From: Eledone cirrhosa
Lineage: Eukaryota
Direction: 5' to 3'
Assembly (NCBI GenBank): GCA_964016885.1
Contig: OZ024740.1
Location: forward strand, 34,658,001-34,722,000
DNA length: 64,000 nt
Position numbers and translations under genes: made by a program. Shown here in pieces: positions 26,216 through 39,260 of the stretch. Positions within the stretch are counted from its first letter, which is position 1. Each line of letters starts with the position of its first letter. The notes beneath the pieces were generated by a model. That model ran no database searches. It worked only from the letters and a program-made list of their open reading frames with translations, and was not told the origin of the DNA.

Positions 26216-26466
26216 TTTCTTTTATTTTTTTCTGAAGAATTTTTCTACGTCCTTCCCAAAATTACTCCTTTGTTCAACACACACATATGTGCGTATATAC
26301 GTACATACACACACGGGCATATGTAGGAATATATAGGCACACACCATCAATCACACACCCATGTACAAATACATCCACATACATACACAAAAACATATAG
26401 AGACACATATAAAAACACATATACACATACGTACACACACGAATATGTACTCATACCTCCACATGG

Positions 26467-26529
<63 letters not shown>

Positions 26530-26704
26530 CACACATACACACATACATATATATATATATACACACATATATATATATGTATATATATATATATACATAT
26601 ACATACATATACATACATACACATACATACATATACACACATAAAGATACATAACTAAATATACATATATACACATACAGGCACACATACACACACACAC
26701 ACAC

Positions 26705-29700
26705 GTGTACACACACACACACACACACGCACACACACACACATATACATATGTCCGTATATATACCTCCGTTCACATTATCCATAATGAATCTGGCAAA
26801 AGAACTGGAAAAAAACATTCGAGCTATCACCCAGCACCACCCTCCACTATCACCCCACTGCACAAACTCCCATTGCTGCCATTAACAAACAAACAAATTA
26901 ACAACACACCAAAACAATTAAAACCATCCACTCTCGCCTCTACGTTTTTGCTTAACGCCCAAGGCATCAGCCCTTCCACCAATACTCAAAAATGGAAGAT
27001 CAAATTCCTGGAGGACTGGATTGATGTCCATCCAAACCACATCCCTTTCTTCGTCCTCACTGAAACCCATCTCAGTAACCTCCACTTGGAAGCCGAGGTG
27101 AAAGTGAAAAATTTCAAAGCCATCCGTGCTGATCGCGCTGGCAGAAGAAAGGGCGGAACTGCCATTTATGTCCATAATTCTTTCTCAACAGAGGCTATGA
27201 ACATATTCACTAATGGATACTGTGAGGCAGTCACTGTATTCAGTCAAACCAACAACCTATTAGTAGTTGGGCTCTATAGGCCACCCCAAACGCCTGTACC
27301 ATGCTTCAAGGAATGCCTCAACAGCATAAAGTGTTTCATCCAAGAGTATCACCCTGACAACATCTTAATGATGGGGGACTTCAACCTCCCCGGAGTTGAC
27401 TGGTCCACAAACAGCCTGCCACCAGGTTCTTCTGCCTCAACCTCTGACAGGGAAGCTGTGGAATCGCTTCTTGACTTCATGGATGATTTCTTCCTATCCC
27501 AACTGGGGCTCGAACCAACGAGGTGCCACAAAAACGTCCTAGACTTAATTTTCAGCAATCACACTGACAATATCCACAATATTGCAGTGGAGAAAACTCT
27601 ACTCTCTGATCATGACATGGTTCTCTGTGATCTGAGATTCCACCGTCCAATATACAAACCCAATGTCATCTCTCCTGTCCATCCGTTTGACGCTATGGAT
27701 TTCCACAATGCAAACTGGGAAGCGATCAGTCATGATCTTGCACATGTCGACTGGTCCTTCACGCACACTCATACACCCACTAACATCAAAAAGTCCTGGC
27801 AGACATTTGTGGACACTGTTACAAACATATGTGCTAAACACACCCCATTAAGAACTATAAACAAATCTAAGAGCAGAATCCCTAGAAATAGAAAAACGCT
27901 CATCAGAAAAATTAAGAGAACGAACAAAAAAATCAACAAGCTGAAATACTGCCAGCAGCAACACATCAACTTGACTGCCATTTCATCACTAGAGATTAAA
28001 AAACATAACCTCCAAAACAACATAATGTCCCTCATCAACAATCAGAGAAGAGCTGAAGAGGCCTGGGCCATTGAGAAGATCAAACTCAATCCCAAAGTGT
28101 TCTTTTCATTTGCAAAAAAACACAAAATCACTGGCTCTACTGTTGGCCCTCTAATTGATGAAAATGGCACTCTTCAAGACAATGCTAAAACCATGGGTGA
28201 GATACTGCAGAAACAATACTGCTCTGTTTTCAGCAATCCTGATATGGCCGATCTGGGCTGTATCGGCGATGTTACTCCCCATTACACCTTATCGGACATA
28301 ACGTTTGGCGCCCCTGATGTCTTGGCGGCAATAAAGGAAATCAAGCATAATTCAGCAGTAGGTCCCGATAGGTTCCCTGCTTGTGTCTTGAAGGCGTGTC
28401 AACACCAACTTGCATCTCCTCTTGCCAATCTGTGGCGGAACTCACTGGATGCTGGATATGTGCCAGAAAACCTTCTATCCCAGTCTGTTGTCCCAGTTTT
28501 CAAAAAGGGAAACAAATCCCTTGCCGTGAATTACCGTCCAATCTCACTCACCTCTCATATCATTAAGGTATTTGAGCGAGTGGTGAGATCGCGAATGACC
28601 CACTTCCTTGAGAGTAACAATATGCTGAACTCCAACCAGCATGGATTCCGTAATGGAAGGGATTGCCTGACGCAGCTACTGCATCACTTTGATGACATTT
28701 TGAGAGCCTTGGGAGAGGGTTCCAACACTGATGTTATCTACCTTGATTTCAGCAAGGCCTTTGACAGGGTTGATCATAACATTCTACTGAGAAAGCTGTC
28801 CAATATTGGTGTCACTGGAAAGCTGCTGCAGTGGATCAAGAGCTTCCTGTCAAACAGAACCCAACATGTTGTAGTTGAGGGAGTCAAATCAAGCCCAGCC
28901 AAAGTCAGTAGTGGGGTCCCACAAGGCACTGTGTTGGGCCCACTTCTCTTCATCATCTATATTAATGACATCACTGACATCATCAAACACAGCAACATTA
29001 AAATTTTCGCTGATGATTCCAAGCTCCAAAAGGTCATCAATGGCGTGGATGACCGGATAAGCCTTCAGTCAGACCTACTGGCTGTTACCCAATGGGCAGA
29101 AAAGAACATGTTACTGAATGAAGACAAATTCGAACTGATCCACTTTGGAAAAGAGGATGCTCTGAAACTCCCGTACTCCCTTCCCTCCGGGGAAACTCTC
29201 GTGGCAGCTAACAACATCAGAGACTTGGGAGTAACCGTGGACAGCAACATAAGCTGGACCACGCATATAAGCAGCAAAGTTGACATGGCCCGCAGAATGT
29301 GTTCCTGGATCCTCAGAACCTTCCAGTCGAGAGATTCCCGCACCATTATCCTTCTCTTCTCTACTTTCGCCCGACCACACCTTGAATACTGTTGTCCACT
29401 GTGGTCTCCCCACACGAAACAAAGTATCATGAAACTTGAAGCTCCTCAAAGGGCAATCACGAAAAAGATAGATGGCATGTCAGACCTTGACTACTGGGGT
29501 CGATTAGAAAACCTGAAACTTTACTCACTCCAACGTCGCCGTGAGCGTTATATTATCTGCATGATGTGGAAAATGTTCCATCATCACTGCCCAAATGATG
29601 TTGGCATCGCCTTCAAGATACACCCAAGGCTTGGGCCCCGTGCTATCCGTCCCATTCAAAAATCTAAATCGCAACTCATAACAACAATACGGCACAATTA

Positions 29701-29890
29701 TTTCACCTCAATCGGCCCTGCTCTCTTCAACATCACACCAGGACACGTCAAAACAGAAACTGACCACACAAAATTCAAGAAGTCTTTGGACAAATTCCTC
29801 CAAGTAATCCCGGACAAACCACCCACACCCGGATATGTCTCCGCAAACAGTAATTCTCTTCTCGAATGGGCCATGGTGCCCAAATCCTGA
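26705..29890 (+). CDS. CR1-group LINE ORF2 (APE endonuclease + RT), open reading frame intact; true start uncertain, element about 26760-29978
   Basis: LNAQGI, LTETHL, GLYRPP, MGDFNLP, LDLIF, LSDH, NYRPISLTS, NQHGFR, YLDFSKAFD, GVPQGTVLGP, FADD, YSLQRRR. The first ~20 aa are microsatellite. Tail (TTCAAAGTT)2. Confidence 0.95.
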   Translation: MYTHTHTHAHTHTYTYVRIYTSVHIIHNESGKRTGKKHSSYHPAPPSTITPLHKLPLLPLTNKQINNTPKQLKPSTLASTFLLNAQGISPSTNTQKWKIKFLEDWIDVHPNHIPFFVLTETHLSNLHLEAEVKVKNFKAIRADRAGRRKGGTAIYVHNSFSTEAMNIFTNGYCEAVTVFSQTNNLLVVGLYRPPQTPVPCFKECLNSIKCFIQEYHPDNILMMGDFNLPGVDWSTNSLPPGSSASTSDREAVESLLDFMDDFFLSQLGLEPTRCHKNVLDLIFSNHTDNIHNIAVEKTLLSDHDMVLCDLRFHRPIYKPNVISPVHPFDAMDFHNANWEAISHDLAHVDWSFTHTHTPTNIKKSWQTFVDTVTNICAKHTPLRTINKSKSRIPRNRKTLIRKIKRTNKKINKLKYCQQQHINLTAISSLEIKKHNLQNNIMSLINNQRRAEEAWAIEKIKLNPKVFFSFAKKHKITGSTVGPLIDENGTLQDNAKTMGEILQKQYCSVFSNPDMADLGCIGDVTPHYTLSDITFGAPDVLAAIKEIKHNSAVGPDRFPACVLKACQHQLASPLANLWRNSLDAGYVPENLLSQSVVPVFKKGNKSLAVNYRPISLTSHIIKVFERVVRSRMTHFLESNNMLNSNQHGFRNGRDCLTQLLHHFDDILRALGEGSNTDVIYLDFSKAFDRVDHNILLRKLSNIGVTGKLLQWIKSFLSNRTQHVVVEGVKSSPAKVSSGVPQGTVLGPLLFIIYINDITDIIKHSNIKIFADDSKLQKVINGVDDRISLQSDLLAVTQWAEKNMLLNEDKFELIHFGKEDALKLPYSLPSGETLVAANNIRDLGVTVDSNISWTTHISSKVDMARRMCSWILRTFQSRDSRTIILLFSTFARPHLEYCCPLWSPHTKQSIMKLEAPQRAITKKIDGMSDLDYWGRLENLKLYSLQRRRERYIICMMWKMFHHHCPNDVGIAFKIHPRLGPRAIRPIQKSKSQLITTIRHNYFTSIGPALFNITPGHVKTETDHTKFKKSLDKFLQVIPDKPPTPGYVSANSNSLLEWAMVPKS

Positions 29891-29998
29891 ATTGAAAGAC
29901 TTCGCCAGGTGGTGCTATTAAGTTAGACATGGCCTGGGCCAATACTGGCCAAAACATTTCAAAGTTATTCAAAGTTACATGCATACACACACACACAT

Positions 29999-30045
<47 letters not shown>

Positions 30046-30062
30046 TAGAGGGAGGCATACAC

Positions 30063-30154
<92 letters not shown>

Positions 30155-30156
<2 letters not shown>

Positions 30157-31698
30157 TCTTTTACTCTTTTACCTGTTTCAGCCATCCGGCTGAGGCCATG
30201 CTGGGGTACCGCCCTTGTTGCTACACATTTTATCTCCAGCCTGTATAGGTTGGCCACTGGTGTAAGAGGGAGTTTGTTGCTGCTGCCCTTAGGTTTCCCT
30301 CGTGTCTTGCTGTGGGCTCATCCGGGATCCTGGATAACAAGGTGTCGAGATGTTTCTTAAAGACATCCACCTCCACGTCATGCAAGTCTCTCAGATGCCT
30401 CGGCAGCCTGTTGAAGAGTTGAGGGCCCTTGAATCGCAGGCTATTGCAATACCTGCTCCTTATTCTAGATGTGGAAGACGGGACCTTTGGCACCACACAG
30501 TGACGTCCTGTTCGACGGTTGGTCCAGCTCCCAATGCCAAAGTTTGGTGCTAGTCCCTCCAGGATTTTCCACATGTAGATCACTGCGTATCTCTCCCGTC
30601 TTCGCTCCAAGGAGTAGAGGTTCAGTTCCTTTAGCCTCTCCCAGTAGCTTGTCTCCCTCATCTTGGCAATCCTCTTGGTGTAGCTTCGCTGGATTGCCTC
30701 AAGCTCTGTGGTTAGTTTGACACTATGGGGTGACCACAACTGGGAGCAGTAGTCCAGGCGGCTTAGGACAAAAGTCCTTCACAGTGTCAACATGGTGTCT
30801 CGATCTCTTGTCCGGAAAGTCCTCAAGATCCAGCCAGCGAGTCGTCTGCACGTTGTCGCCACTTTCATGATGTGTGAAGAAAAAGATGCATCATCGCTCA
30901 TGTCTATGCCCAGGTCTCGTATCGATTTTGACACGGGGATATCGGTCCCTCCTGGTCCTGTGTAGCTGTGTTCCACTATATTTGTGTTTGCAGGTTTGTA
31001 TTGTAGGGCTTGGAATTTGCCAGCATTAAACTGCATGTTGTTTTCTTCCGCCCATCTGTATATGGCATCCAGATCCTGCTGTAAAAGGGCAGCGTCAGCC
31101 GGGTTTTTGATTGCTTGTGCTACCTTGGTGTCATCAGCATAGCTAGTGAGGGATGTTGTTGCATGCACCACAGAGGGCTTGTCCGAGAGAGCCACCAAAA
31201 ACAGTAGTGGCCCCAGGACTGTCCCCTGGGGCACCCCACTTGTTATCGGTGTTTCCCTCGAGAGGGCCCCATTTGCTGCGACTGCCTTGCTTCTGTCCCT
31301 TAGGAAGCCATGCAGCCACTCACCTACTTTTCCAGTTATGCCGAGTCCGTGTAGTTTGTGACATATCATTCCGTGGTCGACTTTGTCAAAGGCCTTCGCA
31401 AAGTCAAGATATATCACGTCCACATGTGAGCTGTCTAGTAGTTGTCTCAGTACCCAGTCGTAGTGATGTAGCAGCTGTGTAAGGCAGCTTCTTCCTGGGC
31501 GGAAGCCATGTTGCGTGCTAGTCAGGCGGTCATTTTCTTCGAGGAAAGTGATTAGTTTCTTTCTGACGACTCGCTCCATGACCTTACTGATATGCGACGT
31601 CAGGGAGACTGGCCTATAGTTCTTGGCCTCCGCTCTACTACCTCCTTTATGGATAGGGCATATTGTGCCTTCTTTCAGCTCCCTGGGTAGTACACCGC
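30155..31698 (-). mobile_element. Second CR1-group LINE, 5'-truncated, one in-frame stop at about 30779
   Basis: [45 protein letters not shown]. Tail CCCAGCATGGCC...TGAAACAGGTAAAAGAGTAAAAGAGTA. Confidence 0.93.
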
Positions 31699-31807
31699 TA
31701 TATACATATACATACATACATATATACACATATGTACACATACACACATACAGGCACATACGCACATATACATACATATACACATACATATATATCTATA
31801 TATATAT

Positions 31808-31856
<49 letters not shown>

Positions 31857-31911
31857 CACATGCACATACAAGTACATACATACACACATACATATATACA
31901 CATACATATAC

Positions 31912-31964
<53 letters not shown>

Positions 31965-32240
31965 TATACATATATATACACATACACACACATACATACA
32001 CACATACATATATACATACATATATGTGTACACACGAGCACATAAAGACACATATATACATACATATATATATATATATATACATATATATACATACATC
32101 TACATACATACATATACACATACAGAAACATACACATATGTACACACATATATACATATATGCACATACATGCACACACACACACACACACACATATATA
32201 GGTACATACATATACATACACACACATATAAACATATATA

Positions 32241-32295
<55 letters not shown>

Positions 32296-32373
32296 TCACA
32301 TATATATATACACACAAACATACACATACATACACATATATATACATATATATACACACACATACACACATAC

Positions 32374-32404
<31 letters not shown>

Positions 32405-32424
32405 AAAAAAAAAAAAAAAATAAA

Positions 32425-32952
32425 TAATAATTATTTACAGACTTGGCAGGTGCGATTTGCCTGTGACCATTCTCAACACAAAAGTAATACTAAAAGCTTT
32501 TTCCCCTGAATAAAGGAATTTTTCCAGAATGACCGGGGCAGGCCGCACTTGCTACATTTCTCCCCACCCAACCCTACTCACCGTCTCAACTCATTACTGC
32601 TATTAACACTTTTTCCACACACCTGCACCCATACACTTATTAAAGGGGGAGAAAAGAAACCCCCACCACACCACAGACATGTTAAATCCCTATATATAGA
32701 ACAACACACCACATACACATCAGTTTGACAAGCGCACCTCAGCGTGAAAGGTCGTTCTAAAAACGAAACAATACCTCCTACGTTAACCAAGAACTCCTAA
32801 AACCTAACCAACAACCAACAACTTAATTTATAAAATAATTTTTTTTAAGAAAAAAATTTTTTCTAATCCGGAAATAAATTCTTTTTGGATTTTGTGAAGA
32901 AAATAAATTTGTTGAAAGCACAAGTGAAGCCATTTTTTCTTCCCCTCCTGTC

Positions 32953-32960
<8 letters not shown>
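32425..32960. repeat. Right arm of the about 540-bp inverted repeat
   Basis: Reverse complement of 25678-26215. Confidence 0.95.
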
Positions 32961-34998
<2,038 letters not shown>

Positions 34999-35038
34999 TT
35001 CAAAATATTAACAAAATAGATATTCTTGTGATCAAGTA

Positions 35039-35105
35039 TATTTTATTATACATATTTCAGAGGTACTGAGTTAACTTCAACAGTACGTCCTCATCAGATA
35101 AAATA
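35039..35105 (-). ncRNA. Type I hammerhead ribozyme (AUA site)
   Basis: Minus strand reads TATTTTAT-CTGATGA-GGACGTACTG...CAGTACCTCT-GAAA-TATGT-ATA-ATAAAATA, with a perfect 8-bp stem I. Confidence 0.78.
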
Positions 35106-35253
35106 AGATGATGCATGACATACCCTGACATAGTAGATGGTTAAGATTCAGTCATAGTTAAACCATAGCTGTTGAGTGCTTCCAATCTATTGTAAAACTC
35201 ATTCTTTGATTTATTCATTGAACCTTGTTAAACCTTTAAATATATATATATAT

Positions 35254-35948
35254 ATCAAGTAAGAATATTTTCGAAACAGCGAGTTGGTTTGAAATGTTTA
35301 GAAATGTAAGCTATCGCCGTATTTTGACTAAAGAAATTAAAGAAATTATTTAGCCTGATAGTGGGGTTAAGAACCCTCGGAGAAATGAAAAAAAAAGATG
35401 AGTATTGACGTACATGGGAGTCGAACCCACATCTTTGGTTATCCGGACCACTGTGCTACCATTTACACCAACACATCAACCCTATTTTTCCATTCAAATT
35501 AGAAGTTATAAACTTAGCGATTGTAATGTGAAGTAAGAATATTTTCAAAACAATGAGTTGGTTTAAAATTATTAGAAATGTAAGCTATCACCATATTTTG
35601 ACTAAAGAAATTAATGAAATTATTTAGCCTGATAGTGAGTTTAAGAACCCTCGGAGAAATGGAAAAAGAGTCAAAATACGGTGATAGCTTACATTTCTAA
35701 TAATTTCAAACCAACTCGCCGTTTCGAAAATATTCTTACTTGACATTACAGTCGCTAAGTTTATCTCTTCTAATTTGAATGGATAAAGGAGGGTGATGTG
35801 TTGGTGTAGATAGTAGCACAGTGGTCCGGATAACCAAAGATGTGGGTTCGACTCCCATGTACGTCAATACTCTTCTTTTTCCATTTCTCCGAGGATTCTT
35901 AACCCCACTAGCAGGCTAAATAATTTCTTTAGTCAAAATACGGCGATA
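35254..35948. mobile_element. Fold-back element with direct and inverted repeats and two tRNA-like modules (35405-35478 minus, 35794-35866 plus)
   Basis: TGATGTG..GGTGTAGATAGTAGCAC-AGTGGT-CCGGATA-ACCA..GTGGG-TTCGACT-CCCAT-GTACGTCA. 35257-35395 is repeated at 35531-35668. Confidence 0.75.
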
Positions 35949-35957
35949 TATATATAT

Positions 35958-36154
35958 ATTTGAAAAAAGGAAAAGAATGACTTCACTTGTAGTTCTAAAT
36001 AATTTGATTTAATTTTATAATATAATAATATAACCAACTTATAATAATGTAATATTATAAAATTAAATCAAATTATTTAGAACTACAAGTGAAGTAATTC
36101 CTTTCCTTTTTTTCAAATATATCTAACTGTACCAAGGATCTCAAACATTTTCCA

Positions 36155-36222
<68 letters not shown>

Positions 36223-36511
36223 AAATGTGTGTAATCCTTGGTACAGTTAGATATATTAAGACAGGGGGGAAGAAAAAATGGCTTCACTTGTGCTTTCAAC
36301 AAATTTATTTTCTTCACAAAATCCAAAAAGAATTTTTCTTAAAAAAAAAAAAAAAAATTATTTTATAAATTAAGTTGTTGGTTGTTGGTACAACAACCAA
36401 CAACTTAATTTATAAAATGATTTTTTTTTTAAGAAAAATTCTTTTTGGATTTTGTGAAGAAAATAAATTTGTCGAAAGCACAAGTGAAGCCATTTTTTCT
36501 TCCCCCCTGTC

Positions 36512-36520
<9 letters not shown>
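35958..36520. repeat. Two palindromes (centres about 36035 and 36389); the second is built from the end of the 25678/32960 repeat family
   Basis: TAAGACAGGGGGAAGAAAAAATGGCTTCACTTGTGC... and its reverse complement. Shared terminus ATATCTAACTGTACCAAGGAT..CATTTTCCAAT. Confidence 0.88.
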
Positions 36521-36570
<50 letters not shown>

Positions 36571-36649
36571 ACACTAATCTGTAAAAACAATAATTTCATA
36601 TTTTCTTGGAATGTTTATTGATGCTACATTTCAAAATAACATATTTTAG

Positions 36650-36727
36650 CATACTATGTTTGGGATATCTGGTGAAAGCCTGACTGTGAGGATACGAGCT
36701 AGGTTATACAAGACCATCCTATATAAG
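36650..36727 (+). CDS. ABCB1: ABCB1-like exon (HTMFGISGESLTVRIRARLYKTILYK)
   Basis: TTTAG acceptor and GTAAGA donor. 78 nt, the same size as the human ABCB1 exon GFTFGKAGEILTKRLR. Confidence 0.93.
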
Positions 36728-37039
36728 GTAAGAGAATTTGTTGAATGAAAACAAAATATCACCTTCCTGTTGCCAAAATAATTGAAATGCCTTTCACATT
36801 GATGTCATGGATTATCGTGTATGAGTGAGTTCTGGATCTTCAGTTGACAAGAAAACAACTAGCAAATTGTATAATATTTAAAGTTAGTAACATAATTTAA
36901 GTATTAATGAAACACAAAACCTATTCATATCTTACGCATTAAGTTTCATTTCTATTTATATATTTTCTCAGAATACTTTGTCGTTGCCATGGTCTTGTTT
37001 TTGTGTTCACAAGATATTGCGTCAAACTAGCTGAAAATT

Positions 37040-37245
37040 TGTCGATCGACTTTCGTCAAATCGGACCGAGGAAACAAGGTTTCCATTGGTCTTTCCAATT
37101 GCTAATACTATCTATCGGTTGCAACTCCAAGTAGAAGGAGCAACGTGTCTTGCTTAAGGACAACGCATCGCCCAGTCCAGGAATCGAACTTATAAACTCA
37201 CGATTGTGAATCCAATTCTATTACCACTCAGCCACGCGCCTTCAC
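37040..37245 (-). mobile_element. tRNA-derived SINE (second family; a related copy lies at about 46490-46750)
   Basis: Minus strand GGCGCGTGGCTGAGTGGTAA...AGTTCGATTCC (A and B boxes) followed by TTGTCCTTAAGCAAGACAC. Confidence 0.75.
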
Positions 37246-37301
37246 TATATAATCTATTTACCCCCAAATTCATTGCAGATAATAAAATTAAAAAAACTTA
37301 C

Positions 37302-37442
37302 TTTACTACATCAACGTAGTCCATGTCACAGTTTGTGATCAATACACCTCCAACATAAAATATAGTAGCATAATACAAATATACCATAGATTGAGTGAAG
37401 GCAAAGGCAATTCCCGTTTTCTGTGCAGTTGTCATAGCTACA
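37302..37442 (-). CDS. ABCB1: Antisense, out-of-order ABCB1-like TM11 exon (VAMTTAQKTGIAFAFTQSMVYLYYATIFYVGGVLITNCDMDYVDVV)
   Basis: Minus-strand acceptor TTTTTTTTTGTATTATCAG and donor GTAAGT. 141 nt, phase 2-2, no stop. Resembles human [29 protein letters not shown]. Confidence 0.85.
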
Positions 37443-37535
37443 CTGATAATACAAAAAAAAAAACATGTAAACTTTATAAACTTAGACATTTCTGTATGAA
37501 AATATATTGGAGTATTTAGATTAGCTTTCTGTGGG

Positions 37536-37708
37536 TAGCTGGTATACCACTAAAATATTGACTTCCTGCCCAGACCAAACTAATCCCACTGGACATCTGT
37601 TTATAATAGCTGGTACACCACTAAAATATTCACTTCCTGTCCAGACCAAACTAATCCCACTGGACATCTGTTTACAATAGCTGGTACACCACTAAAATAT
37701 TGACTTCA
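37536..37708. repeat. 71-bp tandem repeat, 2.4 copies
   Basis: TAGCTGGTA at 37536, 37607 and 37678. Confidence 0.9.
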
Positions 37709-38450
37709 ATATTTGGTGTCGAAGTTCCGGTTGTCGCGGTATCTATTGTAGAAAAATATTCTCCATCTCAGTCTTTTCGCAAACAGGTCGATTTTTTGCG
37801 TGAGCATCCGAAGGTAAAGTTTTCTCGGTGGAACTGGGATGTTCTTGGTGAAGAAGTCGATAGTGTGTTTCCGCATGGTAGGTGCAATGAAACTTGAGCT
37901 GGGTGGAAAAGTCAAGATATGGTGTGGTAGGGTCGGAAAGTGCTCTACTACGGAGGTAGGAGCTAGATAACGAAGGAGGTATGGTAAGGAACCAGATGGA
38001 CCCTAACTCACCAGAGTACTCAATACTTAGGGTAGCATAGTGGGTAATAGGAAAATGTTTAACCCCGACGGCAGAGCTCAAGCCGTTTCGACGGCTATTT
38101 CTGGACTAAATTAGAATTTTTAGCGTGGTAAATAAATAACCGGACTTTTCAAGGGGTAATTCCTTATATTGGAAGATTGTAGTTGTCAAAAGGATTGGTC
38201 AAAATTTCTTGTAAACACCATTAAATCTTTCATGGCAGTGGGTGGGAGGTGGGGGTGGCTGAACTTGCCTGTAGAACAATGAGGGAGTGGGTGGAGCTGG
38301 TCAAGCGTTGAAAGTGAATTCTATACAGTAAATTCTAAGGAGTGTGTATGACAAAGGCTAGATAGGAAACAGGCGAGAAAGGATTCTGGAGAAAATAGAG
38401 AGGGGACGTTACAGAACAGGTAAATAAAATGAGATTAGAAGATAATAAAT
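37706..38450 (-). mobile_element. Penelope-like pLTR plus ORF N-terminus (different clade from the 20428 element)
   Basis: MRKHTIDFFTKNIPVPPRKLYLRMLTQKIDLFAKRLRWRIFFY resembles the PLE N-terminal KNIP.P...Y....I.....R.RW..FF motif. A hammerhead lies upstream. Confidence 0.7.
38061..38158 (-). ncRNA. Type I hammerhead ribozyme, U3-A8 variant, long stem II
   Basis: Minus strand reads TACCCC-TTGAAAA-GTCCGGTTATTT...AAATAGCCGTC-GAAAC-GGC(TTGAGCTCT)GCC-GTC-GGGGTT. Confidence 0.75.
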
Positions 38451-38714
38451 AAATAAAAAATATATAAAATTATAAAATTGGATAGTAAAAATTACTAAAA
38501 AAATCTCTAGAGCCTAAAACAGCCGCTATATTTGACTTCGGCCAATGCTATATATAATTTACTGGGGTGGGGTACTGAGGCTACAAAAGCCCGATGGGCT
38601 GCTTTGGGGTAGGCGAAAGGGAAAAAAGGAAAAGGAAGAGGATATGGAGTGGAAGAAAGTGATACAAAGAGAAAAAGGAAGAAGAAAAAAAAGGAAAAGA
38701 AAAGAAGTACATCT

Positions 38715-39195
38715 ACCTATGTTAGCTGGGGTTTCCCCTATCTTGTTCGGCAAGTGGGGAAAAGGAGGATGTTGCAGCCATTGTCTACCCACCCGGGTTA
38801 TGAGGGGGTTTGAGGGCGAGGTAAGTCCTACGCAATTGGTGTTTGCATGAAGTTACAAGTTCGTCTTTTTTGTTTAGGAGTTGGTCCTTCGTAAACAGCA
38901 TTTGTAATGTTTCCTCCGAGCATAAGTTACATTAAGACATCTCTCAAGGAGAAGGTCACTCTGATATAAAGCCTGTGATCTCGTTTGCATCCAATGATAT
39001 AGACCAGTTCTTCTTTTTGGGCAAATGCATTCGATGTTCAGAGAGTGGGATTGGCTCCGTGCAAAGCCTTTCCTCACTTAAAAAGGTACCAGCACATGCA
39101 TCGCTTGATATGTGACATTTTTTGCGATGCATGGTGATGCTCATGCTTAAGTATCAAGCGATGGCATTACTCGAAATCGAGTTGCAGCCATCATG
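38715..39195 (+). mobile_element. RTE-derived non-autonomous element (diverged relative) with (TGTA)n tail
   Basis: End ACTCGAAATCGAGTTGCAGCCATCA(TGTA)n. Internal GAGAGTGGGATTGGCT..GTGCA matches the 23431 family. Confidence 0.6.
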
Positions 39196-39260
39196 TATGT
39201 ATGTATGTATGTATGTATGTATGTATGTATGTATGTATGTATGTATGTATGTATGTATGT

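Noticed and set aside
32503-32540. CCC-CTGAATA-..GGAA/TTCC-GAAT..GGGG hammerhead-like string in the inverted-repeat arm
   Set aside because: Two invariant core positions are wrong and there is no NUH site.
35794-35866. Functional tRNA gene
   Set aside because: C at position 33, an irregular D arm and a location inside a repeat; treated as tRNA-like only.
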